Positions 28,401 through 45,000 are shown, counted from the stretch's first letter. The stretch: 64,000 nucleotides of DNA from Piromyces finnis finn (GCA_002104945.1 MCFH01000008.1:868001-932000); one strand, 5' to 3'. Program-made: numbers and translations. Notes: generated by a model from the letters alone, not told the origin.

Positions 28401-31400
28401 TAATGGAAAAGTTAGAAGAATTAAAGGAAGATAATGAATTAAATTGTTTTGTCTTAATAAGATTATTTAAATTTTTGTTTATGTCAATTTCATTATTTCC
28501 ATTAACAAATGAAAAAATATTAAAACCTCATTTGAAGTCTTTAATATTAAAATCATTGGAATTTTCATCTAAAGCTCACAATCCATTAAATTATTTTACT
28601 TTATTACGTTCGCTTTTTAGAAGTATAGGAGGTGGAAAATTTGATCAATTATATAATGAAGTTTCCCCATTACTTTGTATTTTATTAGAGAGCTTAAATA
28701 ATTTATTAGCAAATACACATAAACAACATATGAAAGAGTTATTTGTCGAACTATGTTTAACAGTTCCTGTAAGATTAAGTGTTCTTATTCCATATTTATC
28801 ATATTTGATGAAACCTTTAGTAATAGCTTTGAAGGCTGGTCCAGAGTTAGTAAGTCAAGGTTTAAGAACTCTTGAATTATGTATAGATAATCTTACACAA
28901 GAATTTTTGGATCCAATTATGAATCCTGTTATAAATGATTTGATGGATGCTTTATGGAAGCATTTAAGACCACATCCATATAATATTGTACATAGTCATA
29001 CAACTTTAAGGATTCTTGGTAAATTAGGAGGTCGTAATAGAAAAATGCTTCGAATTCCGTCAGAACTTAACTATTATAAACATGATAAAGCAATGTTAGA
29101 TATTGGATTAACATCAAATTTAGAAAATTTGGTACATATGTTTGATTTAGAACCATGTTTATTTGTAGTCGAAAGACTGATTGATAAAAATTTAGCATCA
29201 AATACTTTATTTTACAAAGAGCAAATGTATCAATTTATAAAGTCATGTATTCCATTATTATTTAATATCGATATTGGAAGTTCTGAGTTATCAGCATTAT
29301 TAAATAAATATATAAATTCAAAAGATAATTTTACTGATATTCAAGTAATAGAAGAAGAAGACTATGAATTATTAGTAGATAGAGTAAGAGAAAAAACTAA
29401 AGTTCAAATTGAACCATCATATAATGCAGTTAAGAAGGTTTTATACTGTTTATATTCATTAGCATCACAAAAAGGATTTGAAGATAAAGAAGTTGTAGAT
29501 TTATGTAGAAATATGTGTATTCATTTTGCAATTTTACATATTGAAGAAATAATGCTTGCTAAATCAAAATTTAATATACAATATACCAAAGTATCCTCAT
29601 TGGATGTCAAATTCAGTCCTTTTTCTACACAAATTGATGCATTTGTTGATGCTATTGTTGATGTCATTGCGTCAGAAGAAAAAGAAAAAAGAACTGTTGG
29701 GGAAAATGCTATTAAATTATTTTATGATACATGTAAAACTTTACTAGGAAACAATAAAGATATTTTGGAACACCTTCCAGTATTCCATAAATTATCAATG
29801 AGATTCTGTTTATATTGTTTTAAGCAAGAATGGTATTATAAAAATGGAGGTAATAGCATAAAATAGTTTTATAATAATTTATAATATTACATTTTGTTTA
29901 AAATTTATGAAGTTGCTTTTTTATTTTTATTAATTATAATTAATACTAAAATTATATAATAATTATGATATATTTTAATTTACTAAATATTTATAATTAA
30001 TATAATATTTAATTTCAATTAATTAACAAAAAAAGGTTGCTTTGGTATTTCTTTATTATGTTCGAAGATTGATTTAGGAACAAAATGGATGTTAGATCAT
30101 GAATTAGAGTTTGTTAAATCATTATTATACGTATTGAAAGATACATCACCAGAAATGGCATCAAATAATATCGATGATGCAACAAAAACACTATCACATG
30201 TATTGAAAGTATGTAATAGAGATAATGATGAAGGACAAGATCGTCAAGCAGAGTTTAAAAATTTAATATTATTATTAGTATCAGAGTTACCAAATTCCAA
30301 TGGTGAAGTAAGAAAAACAGTTCAGTTGTCTCTTCAATTATTAGCAGATTTAACAGGAAATGAGGTAACTGATTTATTGGCGCCTGTTCAAGAAAACTTA
30401 TTGAAACCAATTTTTGCGAAACCATTAAGAACATTACCATTTTCAATGCAGATTGGTCATATTGATGCTGTAACATATTGCTTATCCTTAAGACCACCAT
30501 TATTGCAATTTAATGACGATTTAACTAGATTAATTGCTGAAGCACAGGCTCTAGCTGATGCTGAGGATCAGTCCTTAATTGGAAAAGGTTTACCACATAG
30601 AAATGTTTCATCATTAGTAAAGTTGAGAGTAACTTGTATAAAATTATTATCTACAGCTTTAAATTGCGAAGATTCCGCATTAAATCAAACAAATAACTTA
30701 TCGAAAAAGAATAGAATAATATCTGTATTTTTTAAATCTCTTTATTCAAATTCTAATGATGTGGTGGAAGTTGCAAACAAAGGGTTAAAACAAGTTTTAC
30801 AACAACAGAATAAATTACCAAAAGAGTTATTACAAGTTGGATTACAACCAATTTTAACAAAGTTAGGAGATTATAAAAGTTTAACTGTTCAAGGTTTAGA
30901 GGGTCTAGAAAGGTTATTAGAATTATTAAATAATTACTTTAAGATAGAAATTGGATATAAATTATTAGAACATATGAAGTCCTGGGAAGAGATTGCAACA
31001 AAAGAAAATCATTTTAATGAACCACTTTCAGAAGTTGAATCTATTAAAATAATTGTTCATATTCTTGATGTTTTTTATCAATTACCTCCAGTAGCACATG
31101 TATTAATGGATGAAATCATTACTTTTGTAATTAAAATTGAAAATAAGCTTAAAAGAAAAGTATCAAGTCCATTTAGAAAACCATTAATAAAATATTTGAA
31201 TAAATATGTATCAAAGTCAATTGAATATTTCTATAAAAACTTAACAAAACCAAATATAAGCAAGCTTTTTATTGATATTTTAAAATCAGAATATGCGTCA
31301 GTGTTAAGATTGGAAATAATAAATAATACAAATAATTTAATTGAAAATACATTTGCCATTAAAAAAGAAGATAATGAAGATGCAGATGAGTTACATTATC

Positions 31401-34400
31401 AAGGAATTTTAATTGTAAACGTTTTGTGCAGAACTCATACTAATTGGCTTATACAGAATAATAATATGGTAATAGAGAAAGTATTAGAAGTATGGGAATC
31501 ACCATATATTACATCAAATTTTTCTAAGGAAGAGGAATTACCATATAATCGTTTACAAGAAAATATATTTATATTAGAAATTTTAATTAATTATTGTATA
31601 AATAAAAATTCTGATGATTCTGATTATTACATTAAAATAATATTTTCAATGATTCGCGCATTTTGTTATTCAAGCATAATTGATTATGACTTATTGAAAC
31701 AATTTTTATGGGAAGACGTTGCACTAAAATTTACTGATGATCAAAAAAAACTTGTTTTAAATAAGTTCTTAGATTTATTTAGTGATCCAAATACTACACA
31801 GATAATAAAAATACAAACATTCAAATATTTAATTAATCCGATATTATATATATCTTTTACTAAATGCGAAAATTGTAACATTATTGACGAAGAACTCATT
31901 GAAAAAATCCATTTAAAGCTTTGGTGTCCATTTTTATTAGAACAATCTGTAATGAAATTAGATGATTCATTAAAAATAGAATTACTTCAATTTACAACAT
32001 TATTAGTTCAATATATTCCCTCAATTATATCCAATTATAGAAAAGATATAATAAAATTAGAATGGAATTTAATTAAAGTTGATGACCTAACATGTAAACA
32101 AACAGCATATGTAGCATTATCTAGATTCATTGAAGCTTTTGATACACCTGGAAAAATTGTAGTTCAAATATTTGCAGCGCTTTTAAGAGCACATCAACCA
32201 GAAGGGAGAATATTAGTTAAACAAGCCTTAGATATTTTAATTTTAGTATTACCAAAAAGAATAACGAGTCTACCAGGTCAACAAAATGACCCGAAATTTC
32301 CAACATGGGTAAGGTGGACTAGAAAAATTATTATTGAAGATAGTCAAAATAACGCACAATTAGTAATAATATATCAATTATTAATTCGCCATTCTGAGCT
32401 ATTTTATTCAAGTCGAAAACATTTTATTCCACAGATAATCGCATCATTAACCAAATTAGGTTTAACACCTAACACAGCTTATGAAACTCGTCAATTAACA
32501 GTTGAATTAATTGAATTAATTATAAATTGGGAAAAGAAATATATTGAAGAAAATAAATTAAATTCAAATAATGAAATATTAAAAGATAATAATGATAATA
32601 CTGATATAACAACATCGACAAATTCTAATAACAATGAAATCAATAATATTAATATTACTACTACTACAATTAATAATAATAATAATAAAACAGATATAAA
32701 TAAAAAAGTGGTGACAACAATTGATTCAAATCTACAAGAAATGATGATAACATATTTAATAAAATTATTGGCTATATTAAATCCAATGAATGATAATAGA
32801 AATATATTAGCCCCAAGAATAGTTTTATTAATTAAAAAATTAATAAATCTATTTCCAGATGTAATCATAAATATTGGTAATCTTGAAAAATTTATAAGAA
32901 TTGAACCAAATGAAAATCAAGCAAATGCAATAAAAACTATATTAGATGTATTAAAAATTATTGTTGATGAAAAGTCGAATTTATGGTTTATTGAAAATCT
33001 ATCTGCTATATCGAAATATTTAATTTCATATATAAAGTGTGAGAATACAATCATTATGGAATCTGTTGGTAATTTATTAATTAGTGTTTTTAAAAAAATA
33101 TATATATTGAGTAAAGAAGGAAGGAAGCTTGTTAATGAGATTGAACCATTAATGAAAGAAATTGAAAGAATTGTAATGCAAGGACTTAATAATATGAATA
33201 ATATTTTTTCGATTATAACTTTAATTGAAGCAACATATCATGAACAACCAGAAAAATTAGACAATTTAATTCCTTTATTAATAAAATTATTACAAAAATT
33301 AGTAAAAGATCATATTAATTATCAACCAAATAATAATAATAATAATATAAACAGCAACATTAATATTAATAATGGTAATAATATGAATAACAGTAATAAT
33401 AATATAAACAACAATAATAATATAAATAATAACAATACCAATACTATTACTACTATTAATAATAATACCAATACTAATACTAATAATATTCAAAATGGAC
33501 CTAATGATATAAGTTCACAATCAAGCAATAATATAGTAGCAGGAAATAATAATAATTCAATGGTTGTAAGATTATTAACTATGTTGCTGAATTTATTAAA
33601 GTTAAGAATTTCAAACATGGGCGACAATCGTAGACAAGTATTAATAGCAATAATTCAATTGATAGAAAAATCTAAAGATATTTCACTTTTGAAAAATATA
33701 TTAGATATTGTTTCAGAATGGATATTAATAAAACCAGAATCATTTCCAACAACAAAAGAAAAAGCAAACATAATGATAAAAATGATGGTATTTGAGCGTA
33801 GAGATAAATCTTTATTGGAAGAATATCTGTTATTAGTTTCAAAAATTTATTTAAATCCAAATTTTGCAAGAACTGAATTAACTATCAAATTAGAACAAGC
33901 ATTTTTACTAGGAACAAGAAATGATAATCCTAAAATTAGAAAACTTTTTACTCAAATTTTTGATAAAAGTATTGGTAAAGGTTTGTTTACAAGATTAAAT
34001 TACGTAATAGGTGTTCAAAATTGGGAATACTTATCTACATCATTTTGGTTACACCAGGCATTAGATATTTTATTAGGTTCATACATGAATACAAAACCAT
34101 TATATCAATCTAGTTCATCCTATCGAATTGTACCAATATCTCATGTAGAATCAATATTTAGATTACAATTAGGAGACAATTTTATGGATGTTGACGATAC
34201 TAATCCTAATAATATAATTGAAAATCACCAGAAATTTTTAAAGAATCTTCAAACATTGGATGTCAGTAATTTACTTATGACAATAAGACAATTAATTTAT
34301 TTAGATATTGACATGTCATCTCAAATGTGGATAAATACATTTGTAATGTCATGGTCATTTTTAAGGAAAAAAGAACGTCATGATATAATTAAGGTATTAA

Positions 34401-37400
34401 TTATATTATTAGCAAGAGAATATCATTTAAAACAAGCTGATTTTAGACCAAATGTTATACAGATATTATTAGAGGGCATTTGTAGATCTGTTCCAACAAT
34501 TCAACTTCCTCCTCAGCTAATTAAGTATTTAGGTAGAACATTTAATGCATGGCATATTGCTATTGAATTATTACAAAATAATACTCCAGATTTAAAATAT
34601 GGTATAATGTCATCTACTAAAGATGAAGAAAAAATAAAAGAATGTACAATGGATGCTTTGGCAAACTTATATGAAGAATTAAATGAAGACGATTATTTTT
34701 ATGGATTATGGCGTAGAAGATGTTTATTCCAAGAAACAAATATTGCTATTTCTTATGAACAATGTAAAAAGTGGAATGAGGCACAATATATGTATGAAGC
34801 TGCTCAGAAAAAGGCACGATCAGGTTCACATTTATATAATGAATCTGAATATTATTTATGGGAGGATCATTGGATATTATGTGCTCAGAAGTTACAACAA
34901 TGGGATATATTAACAGATTTAGCAAAACATGAAGGTGATACTAATTTACTCCTTGAATGTGCATGGAGAGTTTCTGATTGGGATTCTGAAAGTGAGTTTC
35001 TACAAAAAGCTATAAATGTTTATTCAGACGTTCCATTAGCACGTAGAAAAATATTTGAAGCTTTTCTTTTATTAAATCAATCTACTGAAAATAACAATAA
35101 ATTAGAAGAATTTAAAAAGATATATGATGAAGGTGTTCAATTAACATTGAAGAAGTGGCATATGTTACCGGAAGTTGTTTCATATTCACACATAAATTTA
35201 CTACATATGTTCCAACAATTTGTAGAATTAAATGAAGCTAATCAAATCAAAATGAATTTAAATAATACAAAGGTTGATAATATTGAAAAAAAGTCCGAAG
35301 AATTGAAGGGTATTTTACAAACATGGAGAGAAAGGTTACCAAATTATTGGGAAGATATTAATTTATGGAGTGATTTAGTTGCATGGAGACAACATATATT
35401 TTCAACTATAAATAAAGCTTACCTTCCAATTATTCAATTATTAAATCAAAATACAAACAATAGTGGTAGCAATAACAATGCAGCAAGCTCATATACTTAT
35501 CGTGGATTTCATGAAACTGCATGGATCATTAATAGATTTGCTCATATAGCAAGAAAGCATGGATTAACTGATATATGCGTAAATTCATTAAGCAAGATAT
35601 ATACTTTACCAAACATCGAAATCCAAGAAGCCTTTTATAAATTAAAAGAACAAGCTAAATGCTATTTCCAATCCTCAATTGATTATGCTACCGGATTAGA
35701 TGTTATTAATAATACTAATTTAATGTATTTCACTGATTCACAAACTTCAGAATTTTGGACATTGAAAGGGCAATTTTTATCAAAACTAAATTTAATTTCT
35801 GAAGCAAACGAGGCATTTTCAACAGCAACCAAAATTGAAATGGCATCTCCAAAAGCATGGGCACAATGGGGTATATATAATGATAATTTATTCAAAGAGC
35901 ATCCAAATGAAATTAGTTATGGTGAATATGCGATAAGTTGTTATTTACAGGCTTCAGGATTATATAAAAATTATAAATCAAGAAAATATATAGCAAGAAT
36001 ATTATGGCTCTTAAGTTTTGATGATAATAAAGGAAAGTTAACTGAAATATTTACCAAATTTAAAGGTGATTATGTTCATTGGTATTGGATTATATATATT
36101 CCTCAGTTATTAACATGCTTAGCTAATAAAGAAGCAATAAGTGCTAATATAATTATTCAAAAAATAGCTAAAGCATACCCTCAAGCATTATATTTCTTAT
36201 TAAGAACAACAAGGGAAGATTATAAATTAATTAAAAAACAAGCTGCTATGACATCGAATAATGGAAGAGATTTACATCAAAACCCGGAGGATTCTCAAGC
36301 TAAGAATAATAATTCAGGATCAACCACTATACAATCTCAACAGACACAATCATTTGGAAATAAAAAACAACCATGGGAATATGTTGAAGAAATAATGGGT
36401 ACAGTAAAAACTTCATTTCCTCTATTAACATTATCAATTGAGAAAATGATTGATCAAATTATACAAAAATTAAAACCATCACCAGATGAAGATATATATA
36501 GATTAATTGTAGCATTATTAACTGATGGAGTTCAACAACTTGTTGGAAGAATTACAAATTTTGGAGATACTCGATCATTACCACGAGGTACTGAAGCAAA
36601 TTTAAAGAGATTCCATGAATCAATGTCAGGTGGTCATCATAAATATAAAGAAGCTTTTGAAGAAGATTTTATAAAAAGCAAGCCTTCAATTACAGAATTA
36701 GTAGAAAAATTTAGAGACTGGCGTGATAAATTGGAATATCAATTAGATTTAAGAAACACAAAACAACATTTAGAATACTTTAGTCATGATTTAGTGGAAT
36801 TCGAACATAAAAAGTTTGATGATATTGAAATTCCTGGTCAATATTTATTACATAAAGATAGTAATAATGAATTTATTAGAATTGATAAATTTGAATCAAT
36901 TGTTGATGTAGTAAGAGGTCATGGAATATGCTATCGTAGATTATCATTAAGGGGTAATGATGGAAGTTTACATCCATTCGTTGTTCAACACCCAGCTGCA
37001 AGACAATGCAGAAGAGAAGAAAGAATTGTGCAATTATTTAGAATAATGAATAGTATAATGGAACGCAAAAAGGATTGTAGAAAATATAAAATAGCTTTCC
37101 ATCTTCCATTAATGGTTCCATTAGCTCCTCAAGTAAGATTGGTTCAGGATGATTTATCTTATTTATCATTACAAGAAATATATGAAAAACATTGTGAAAA
37201 ATCAGGATTCCATAAGGATGATCCAACAATTTTATATATAAATAGTATTAATAAGATAATTAATAGAGACAAAAAGAATTCTATTAAGCGTACCGTAAGT
37301 AGACAATATTTTAAATACCACTAAAAAAAATAAATTATTAAATATATATTAATTATTATTTACTTTTAATAAATAATATAGAAAAATGATGTTATAAATT

Positions 37401-38668
37401 TAAAAATGGCGATTATACAACAAATTGAAGAAACAATGGTACCTAATACTGTATTAACAAAGGTAATCAAATTATAAACTTTATTATTATTATTATTATA
37501 TATATAACTAAAATCATTTTATCAATATTTTTTTTTTTTAATAGTTTGTTCTAGGAAAAATGAAACAATATATTGATATATTTATTTTAAGAAAACAGTT
37601 CACCTATCAAATGGCAGCTGTATCATTTATGTCATATGTAATGAGTATAGCTCATAGATATCCACATAAAATAAATATTTCATTTGAAACAGGAAATATT
37701 TGGTCAACAGAATTATTGCCATGTAACTATTTAATAAATACATTAATATAACTATAAAACTATTTATAAAATTAATTTTTTTTTCTTTCTAAAACATAAA
37801 AATAAAATATATATATATAAAATTAAATATAGCTTTATCACCATCGACATTCTTGTTCGGATCAAATGAACCAGTACCATTTAGATTCACACCAAATATT
37901 CAAACATTTATTACACCTATTGGTGTTGAAGGTGTGTTTACTAATATAATGATGTCAATTGCAAGAGCATTAACTGAACCAGAGGTATTTTTTATAATAT
38001 AAAATAAAAATAAACTATAATTTGATTAAAAAAACTGAAAATAATATTTTATTATTGTAGTTCGAACTAGAAAATTATTTAGGAATATTTATTAAAGATG
38101 AAATAGTTTCAATTCAAAATATATCCCAAAAGCACCCAACACTTCAAGATAATTCATTAAGAAATTATATAACTCAAAATATAAATTTAATTCAACATAG
38201 AGCAGAATCATTATCATGCAAACAGGAAAGAATAAAGGTAATATATTAATATTTTAAATTAAAAAACATTAATCATATTAGTACTAATTATTAATTATTA
38301 TTAATCTTTATATTATATAAACATTTTTTACTAATAAAAAATAAATATAGATAAAAACATTTATTGAAAACCAAAAAGATAAAAATGTAGGAAATCAACC
38401 AAAATCGAAATTTGATTCATTAAATAGTGATGCAAAAAATAAAGAAGAAAATGATGAAGAAGACAAAAATAATAATAAGAATAATTTATCAAATGGGTTA
38501 AATGATAAGAATAAAAATAATGACGATTCTAATAAAGAGAACAATAAAAATGATGATGATGATACATTTAAAATACCTGCTAATCAAACATTAATAGATT
38601 TAATATCTCAAGCTACTAATCCTCATAAATTATCACAATTAGATATTACATGGATGCCTTATTATTAA
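25459..38668 (+). CDS. TRA1: TRRAP/Tra1 PIKK pseudokinase, scaffold of the SAGA and NuA4 complexes
   Basis: N-terminal HEAT (ENEENGTICVKIIVDLHK; SFKILKECPIIIVLLFQLH); LKAGPELVSQGLRTLELCIDNL; TTLRILGKLGGRNR; FAT (GLWRRRCLFQETNIAISYEQ); kinase-like region (CYRRLSLRGNDGSLHPFVVQHPAARQCRREERIVQLFR; HRYPHKINISFETGNIWSTEL; VPFRFTPNIQTFITPIG); FATC LSQLDITWMPYY*. Includes ORFs 27857-29866 and 30089-37324. Confidence 0.97.
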
Positions 38669-38973
38669 TCATTATTATCTATTTAATTTTCTCAAAATAC
38701 ATTAATAATATAATATTGATAATTAATCATAATTCAAATTAAAATTGTTTCATGGAAATGTTAATATTTTAATTATTTTTTATTTTTTATATATATAATT
38801 TATATCTATTTTTTTTTTATAAGTTTTTTAAAAAAGTATATAAGAATAAATAAATAAGTAAATAAATAAATAAATAAATAAATAATAAATATAAAAGATT
38901 TATTATTAATTAAATAATATATTTATTTTTTATTGTATATATTTAAAAGAAAAATAAAAACTTAAATAATGTA

Positions 38974-39005
<32 letters not shown>

Positions 39006-39134
39006 GTATAATATTTTTAAATAAAAAATACTTAAATGTTTTAATAAATATTATAGAATTTCTAAAAACATATAAAATTTCTTTTAATTAAGATTATTTA
39101 TATATAATTAAAAAGCTTTATTGAAATATGTAAA

Positions 39135-41602
39135 ATGTTTTTAAAAAAAATTGAAGATAAAAAAATAAAATCATTAATATTTGAAGATGAAGAAAAAAAT
39201 AAATGCTTGGATCCTTTTATAATTGATTTATTATCCAAAATAGATATTCAATGGTAAAATATTATTTTTTTGCTATTTTTATTTTAAATATTAATATTAA
39301 ATATATTTTGTTTTACTATTTAATTTCTATGCAGGACTTTTATGACAAATGAAGAAGTAATAAATACATATATTTATAAAATATCTAATTAATTATTAAC
39401 AGTATAATAATATGATTTTTTTAATGATATTTTCTATTTTCAACAAACAATAAAGTTTAATCCAGTTTCATTAGCATTATCATTATTGGATACAAGTTCA
39501 TTGGGAAGAAATTATGAGGATTTTAATAATATGCTAATAAATTTGGATGAAGCTATGAATATAATTGTTAATGGTAAAATTTAATTTAACATATTTTAAA
39601 TATTAAATGAAATTATAGTAATTTATTTATATATATTATTTTTATAAAGAATCATATTTATCATTTAATAACTCAATTCATACTTTTAGTAGTGTAGCAG
39701 GAAATCTTTCAGGTAGAATTTTATTATTTTTTTTAATATTTACAAATTTATATAATTTTCTTTCTTTTTTTTTTTTTTTATTCCTTTTAAAAGAAAAATT
39801 AAGAATAACAAAAAATAACAATTTTATAGATTCACAAAAGAGAGTAAGAGAAATGAAAGAAGAATTAATTCATTGCAAAGAATTATTACAATGTAAACGC
39901 TCAGATTTAATGCAACAATGGATGCAAAGCATCGAGTATAAAGAAATGATACAAATGCTTGATACGATGTAACATCCACATAATAAACACTTTATATTTT
40001 GAATATATTTTTTCGTAATATTAATTTCATTTATTTTATTTCATATTATTTTATTATTTTATATTATTTCTTCCTTTTATGAAGTGATGAATTAAGAGAT
40101 GCTCCTGATAAAATATTAGAATTAATATCATCAAAACATTATCTTACAGCAACAAAATATTTATTAAAATATCTTGAAATTGCTAATAATATTGACTACC
40201 AAAGTATAGGTGCTTTAGATGATATTCGTCATGATTTGAATATTATTAAAGCTGTAATTATTATATTATTATGAAGTTAAAATAAACAATTAATCTATAC
40301 TAATAAAACTAATTTTTTTAATTATTTAAGTCAATATATAATTCATTAATTGAAGATTTACATAATCATATTTATTTAAAAAGTAAATTTTGTTCAACTC
40401 AAAGTAATAATGAAGATAATGAAAGTAATTGTTTTAGTACATATATAATATTATTATTTATTTATTACTTATCTAAAAAAAATAAATTAATGAAATAATA
40501 ATAATATAATAGATAATTTATATAATGGAAATGATGTCTTTCAAAGGTTTATATTACAAAATAAAAATTTTAAAATATTTTTAATATTATATATTTGAAC
40601 TTTAAGTATTAATTAGATTTTGTATTTATAAGTCAAATAAAATTAAATGAAGTTATTACACCAACTAAAAAAGAAGACCAACAAGGAAAAAAAATTGGTA
40701 CATAGTTTATATATATAGAATTAAATAAACAAAAAAAATATAATATAACATTAATAAGAATTTAATAATTAACTAATAATAAATAACAAACAAATAAAAA
40801 AGAGCTTATGAATACAAGTAAATTGTTCTATAAAAAATTGGATGAAAACTATCAAAATGAAGAGGTATAAGAAATATTATTAAGTTTATATATATATAGA
40901 TAGATAGATAAATAATTATATAAATATCAAGATTGTAGAAGATCCAGAAAAAAATCCTGAATTAGATTCAAATAATTTTATGAAAATTATATTAGAATGT
41001 TTAAGATTATTAGAGCAATTACCAGAAGCATTAGAGGTAAATATATAAAAATAAAAAATAGTATATAATAAACTTTTAAAAAATGTAAAATATATAATTT
41101 ATTATGATAATATAGACAATTAGACAAAGGCTTCCTCTTGAATTATATAGTGTGGTTGAGAAAACAATTAACGAAATCGATAAAAAGTAAAATAATATTA
41201 ATAGTATTATGTTAATATTTATATTATATAAATTTTAAAATATATTTATTTATTACTATATAGAAATGAAAATTCATATAATATAAGTAAAAATTCAAAA
41301 ATAATATTTAAATCAAAAAATATATCCGATTTAATTGGTATTAACTCACAAGAAGCGAAGTCAAATTTATTAAAAGATATGTTAAAACTTTTATATTCAA
41401 AACTTGATTCAATTGTTCAGATTCATGCATTTATTTTGAGTACCTCAGAAAAAATGTTAAAAGTATATATTTTATAAATAATTTTTCTTTATAAAAAATA
41501 CAATTAATAAAAATGATAATTATGATATTATTAAACATTATATAAACTTAATAAAAATATAATCAATATAAAGTTAGAAGGGATTCAGTGTAAGTTGATA
41601 AA

Positions 41603-41672
<70 letters not shown>

Positions 41673-44600
41673 GCAACAATATATACAATCAGAGATGTTT
41701 GGATTGCTGTTCAAAACGAAGTATATATATATAATAATAATTATATTAAAAATTTTATTATAATATAATTATTATAATAATTAACTAATAATGTTAAAAC
41801 TTAATAATATATATTAACATAGATTAGATCTTTATTATATGATTATTTAACAACACCTGAAACAGGTGTTAATACATACCAAAATTTGGTTTATTCTATT
41901 AATGAAAGATTGAGAGACGCAAAAAAAAATAAAGAGAGAAACAAAGTATATATAAATATAATATAGATTCTAATTACAGTGTTTTTTATTTATAATTTCA
42001 TAAAAACGTTTATTTTTTAATTTTATTTTTAGCTATTGTTTAGGTTTATAGATGAAGATTTTACAAAATCAACCAACGATCTTTATAACAAAAATAATGT
42101 TTATGATAATATTTTAAAAGAAGTCATTAAAAAAAAAGATGAAAATACACATTCCCAGTCATTGATTGTTATTGATAAGTATTCAAATTCACATAAAGTC
42201 ATTGGTCATAAGCTTCTTCTTCATCCTGATTCAAGAAGAGTCTTAGCTATTTTTAAACCAACATGCGATTTTATGGAAAAGATGGAAAATATTGTATCGA
42301 TTTCGAAAGGGTAAAATACTTTAATATTTTTTAAGTAAAATTTTTTGAAATTATTAAATATATATATTTTATAAATATTTTAGAAAAGATGATATATCTG
42401 ATTTTCGTGTTTTTTTAGATGACTTTATTTGTAATATTTTCTTACCACAGATGGAAGAAAAAGTTATGGAATATTTTCATTTATATATATCTGGTAATAA
42501 TCGAAAACTTTATTAATTTTCATTTAAAAATATTTAACATTAATATTAATATTACATTTTATTAAAAATCTTTTTAAATAAAGGTGAAGACGAATTCCAA
42601 GCGGAATTAAATGAATCATTATATCCATGGCCTCTATTAAAAGTTGAAAATATTATTAATACATATTAATATTTACTTTGTTTACTAATTCTTTTAAATA
42701 AATTATAGAGCTCTGTTTCATGTGCAATTATAACAAAAGGATTATGTACTACTATAAATGACGTACCAATTCATCAAGAAAAATTTATATTTATGATTGA
42801 AACTATTATTAACAAATATTATGAAAAATGTGTTCTACGATTTAAATGTAAAGAAATTATTATTACATCAAATTTCTTAAATTCTTATTATTTATTTAAT
42901 TTTTTGTACTATATAAATTATAATAGCTTTGCTTTCATGTGATCAATCTATAACAAATAATGATCAAACAATTTGTTCCAAATGGATCCAAGAAGAAGAA
43001 ATTATTCAATTATTATCTCAAAATTCTAATATATTAAATAGATCTGTTTGTATTTAAATTTAAAATAATTATAAGTAGAAATAATAAAAAAATTATTAAT
43101 TAATTATATTTAAATTAGAATCTGAATATCAATAAGAATCTGGATGAAAAATTAGCAAAAGAAGTAATTTTAATATAAAAATAATATTATTAATTAGTTT
43201 ATTTAAAATTAATAAATTTTATTTTATTATTATAAACATTGTATAGGAATTAAATATCGAATTAGGATTAAAACAAGATAGATCGTTTGAAAGAGGTGAA
43301 TTAATTTTCGATTATAATAAATTGGAAGCTTTAGCTAATTTAAACCATAGTCTCGTAAGAAATTTAATCTTTAATTTAATTTTTAATGATATATAAAAAC
43401 ATAATTAATATTACTAATATAAACAAATATATACAAATTATATGATTAAGGAATGGCTCGTATTCCAAATAAAACGCTTATTGAGTCAAAATATTAAAAT
43501 TAATAAATCTTCTTTAGATGAAAAAATCATGTCATCAACTTCGAGTTTGGAAATAAATGTATTAATATATTATCTATAATATTAAATTGATAATATTTAA
43601 AATTAATATTATAATTTATTAATATATTATAATAAGGATTTAATGAATTTAAATTCAAATGAAAGTCTTGAAATGCATCAACCAAAACAAGATAAACCTG
43701 TATTTTTAGAAATATCAGAAGAAATGCAAAAGTAAGATTTTTATATTAATTTTAATGAATTAATATTGTAAAAATATTAAAAAGTTTTATTTTTAAAAAT
43801 GTAAGTCGTATAAATAATATATTAAGTAGTTTCCAAAGTTTATCAGAAATGTGTTTATATGCATTGAGAATTGAATTACGTTGCCATTCAATGTTTTATT
43901 TAGACTTATCATTTAGAGAAGTAATTTTTCAATTAAAAATTGAAGCTAAAATAAAATTAATAAATAATTTTTAATAATGCTAATTACTAATATTAATACA
44001 GGGTAATTTTCTTCTCGATAATGAAATTCCAGAGCCTGATTCTTACGTTTTTATGCTTAATAAAGATTTAACAAAATGTGAAGAAATAATGAAATCAATA
44101 TTAAAACCAAATAAAATAAGATTTTTATTTAATGATTTAGGATCATTAATGGTTAATATATTAATGACTAATATAAAATATATAAAATGCATAAATAAAT
44201 ATGGTATATTAAGATTAGGTAGAAATGTCAGATCAATTCAACAAGTAAAATAATTACTTTATTTATTTATTTATTTAATAATTTACTATTTCGTTAAACA
44301 AATAACATAACGCATATTTTTAATATAAATGTAGGTTTTAAATAGTATCTCAGGTTCATATGAATCAAGTATGGATATTGCTAAGGAATATTTTGAATTA
44401 TTAAATCTTGATTCAGAAGTATATAGCATTATTTGAAAATAAATTATTAAATTAGGAAATAATATATTTTTTTAAAAAAGAATAATTAAATAATATTTAT
44501 TATAAATATTTTAATAATATTTATTAGGAATTTATGAAAAAAATTGAAGATAATGGACAAGGACCATTCACATATGAACAATTAAAATTCTTATTAGATT

Positions 44601-44809
44601 TAATGAATTCGGAATATTTGAATAAAGAACAAATATATCAAAAATTAGAAAAAGAAAAACAAATTCAGTTAGCTAGATCATTAAGTAATATAAATGTTGA
44701 AAATGATTTTACATCATTACAAAATGAAAAAAGAAACATTGATGAAATACAAATTAAATATTATGAATATGTAGAAAAACTAAAAATGTTATGTACTGAT
44801 TCAAATTAA
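39135..44809 (+). CDS. SEC8: Exocyst complex component Sec8/EXOC4; highly intron-rich
   Basis: W|DFMTNEE|FNPVSLALSLLDTSSLGR...LDEAMNIIVN|...KEELIHCKELLQCKRSDLMQQW; HKLLLHPDSRRVLAIFKPT; LYALRIELRCHSMFYL; C-terminal FTYEQLKFLLDL. The start codon is approximate. Confidence 0.88.
41606..41671. repeat. (TAA)n microsatellite filling most of a SEC8 intron
   Basis: Directly visible between the GTAAGT donor (about 41590) and the AAG acceptor (41673). Confidence 0.9.
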
Positions 44810-45000
44810 AACAGAAAATATATCATAAAAGATAAATTTTTATTAAGAATTTTTTAAAATTAATAATTTAAAAAAATAAAAATTAAAATAGCTTAATTGT
44901 AATATATATAATGAAATGTAATATTATATTTAAAAATATAAAATAAAATAGTGAAAGGAATTAATAAAATGACTAAATGTTTATGTTATAAAATGTTAAT

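Noticed and set aside
29282-29289. TCTGAGTT, a one-mismatch variant of the candidate motif, inside the TRA1 coding sequence
   Set aside because: Coding context. It shows that one-mismatch variants arise by chance, so the EFHC1 and Fuzzy-like variant sites are weaker evidence than the four exact sites.
33321-33560. Asn-rich insertion in Tra1, and similar poly-Asn tracts in other genes
   Set aside because: A general consequence of extreme AT bias in this type of genome; not specific to any one gene.
36900-37990. Missing catalytic residues in the TRA1 PI3K-like domain
   Set aside because: This is expected: TRRAP/Tra1 is a well-known pseudokinase.
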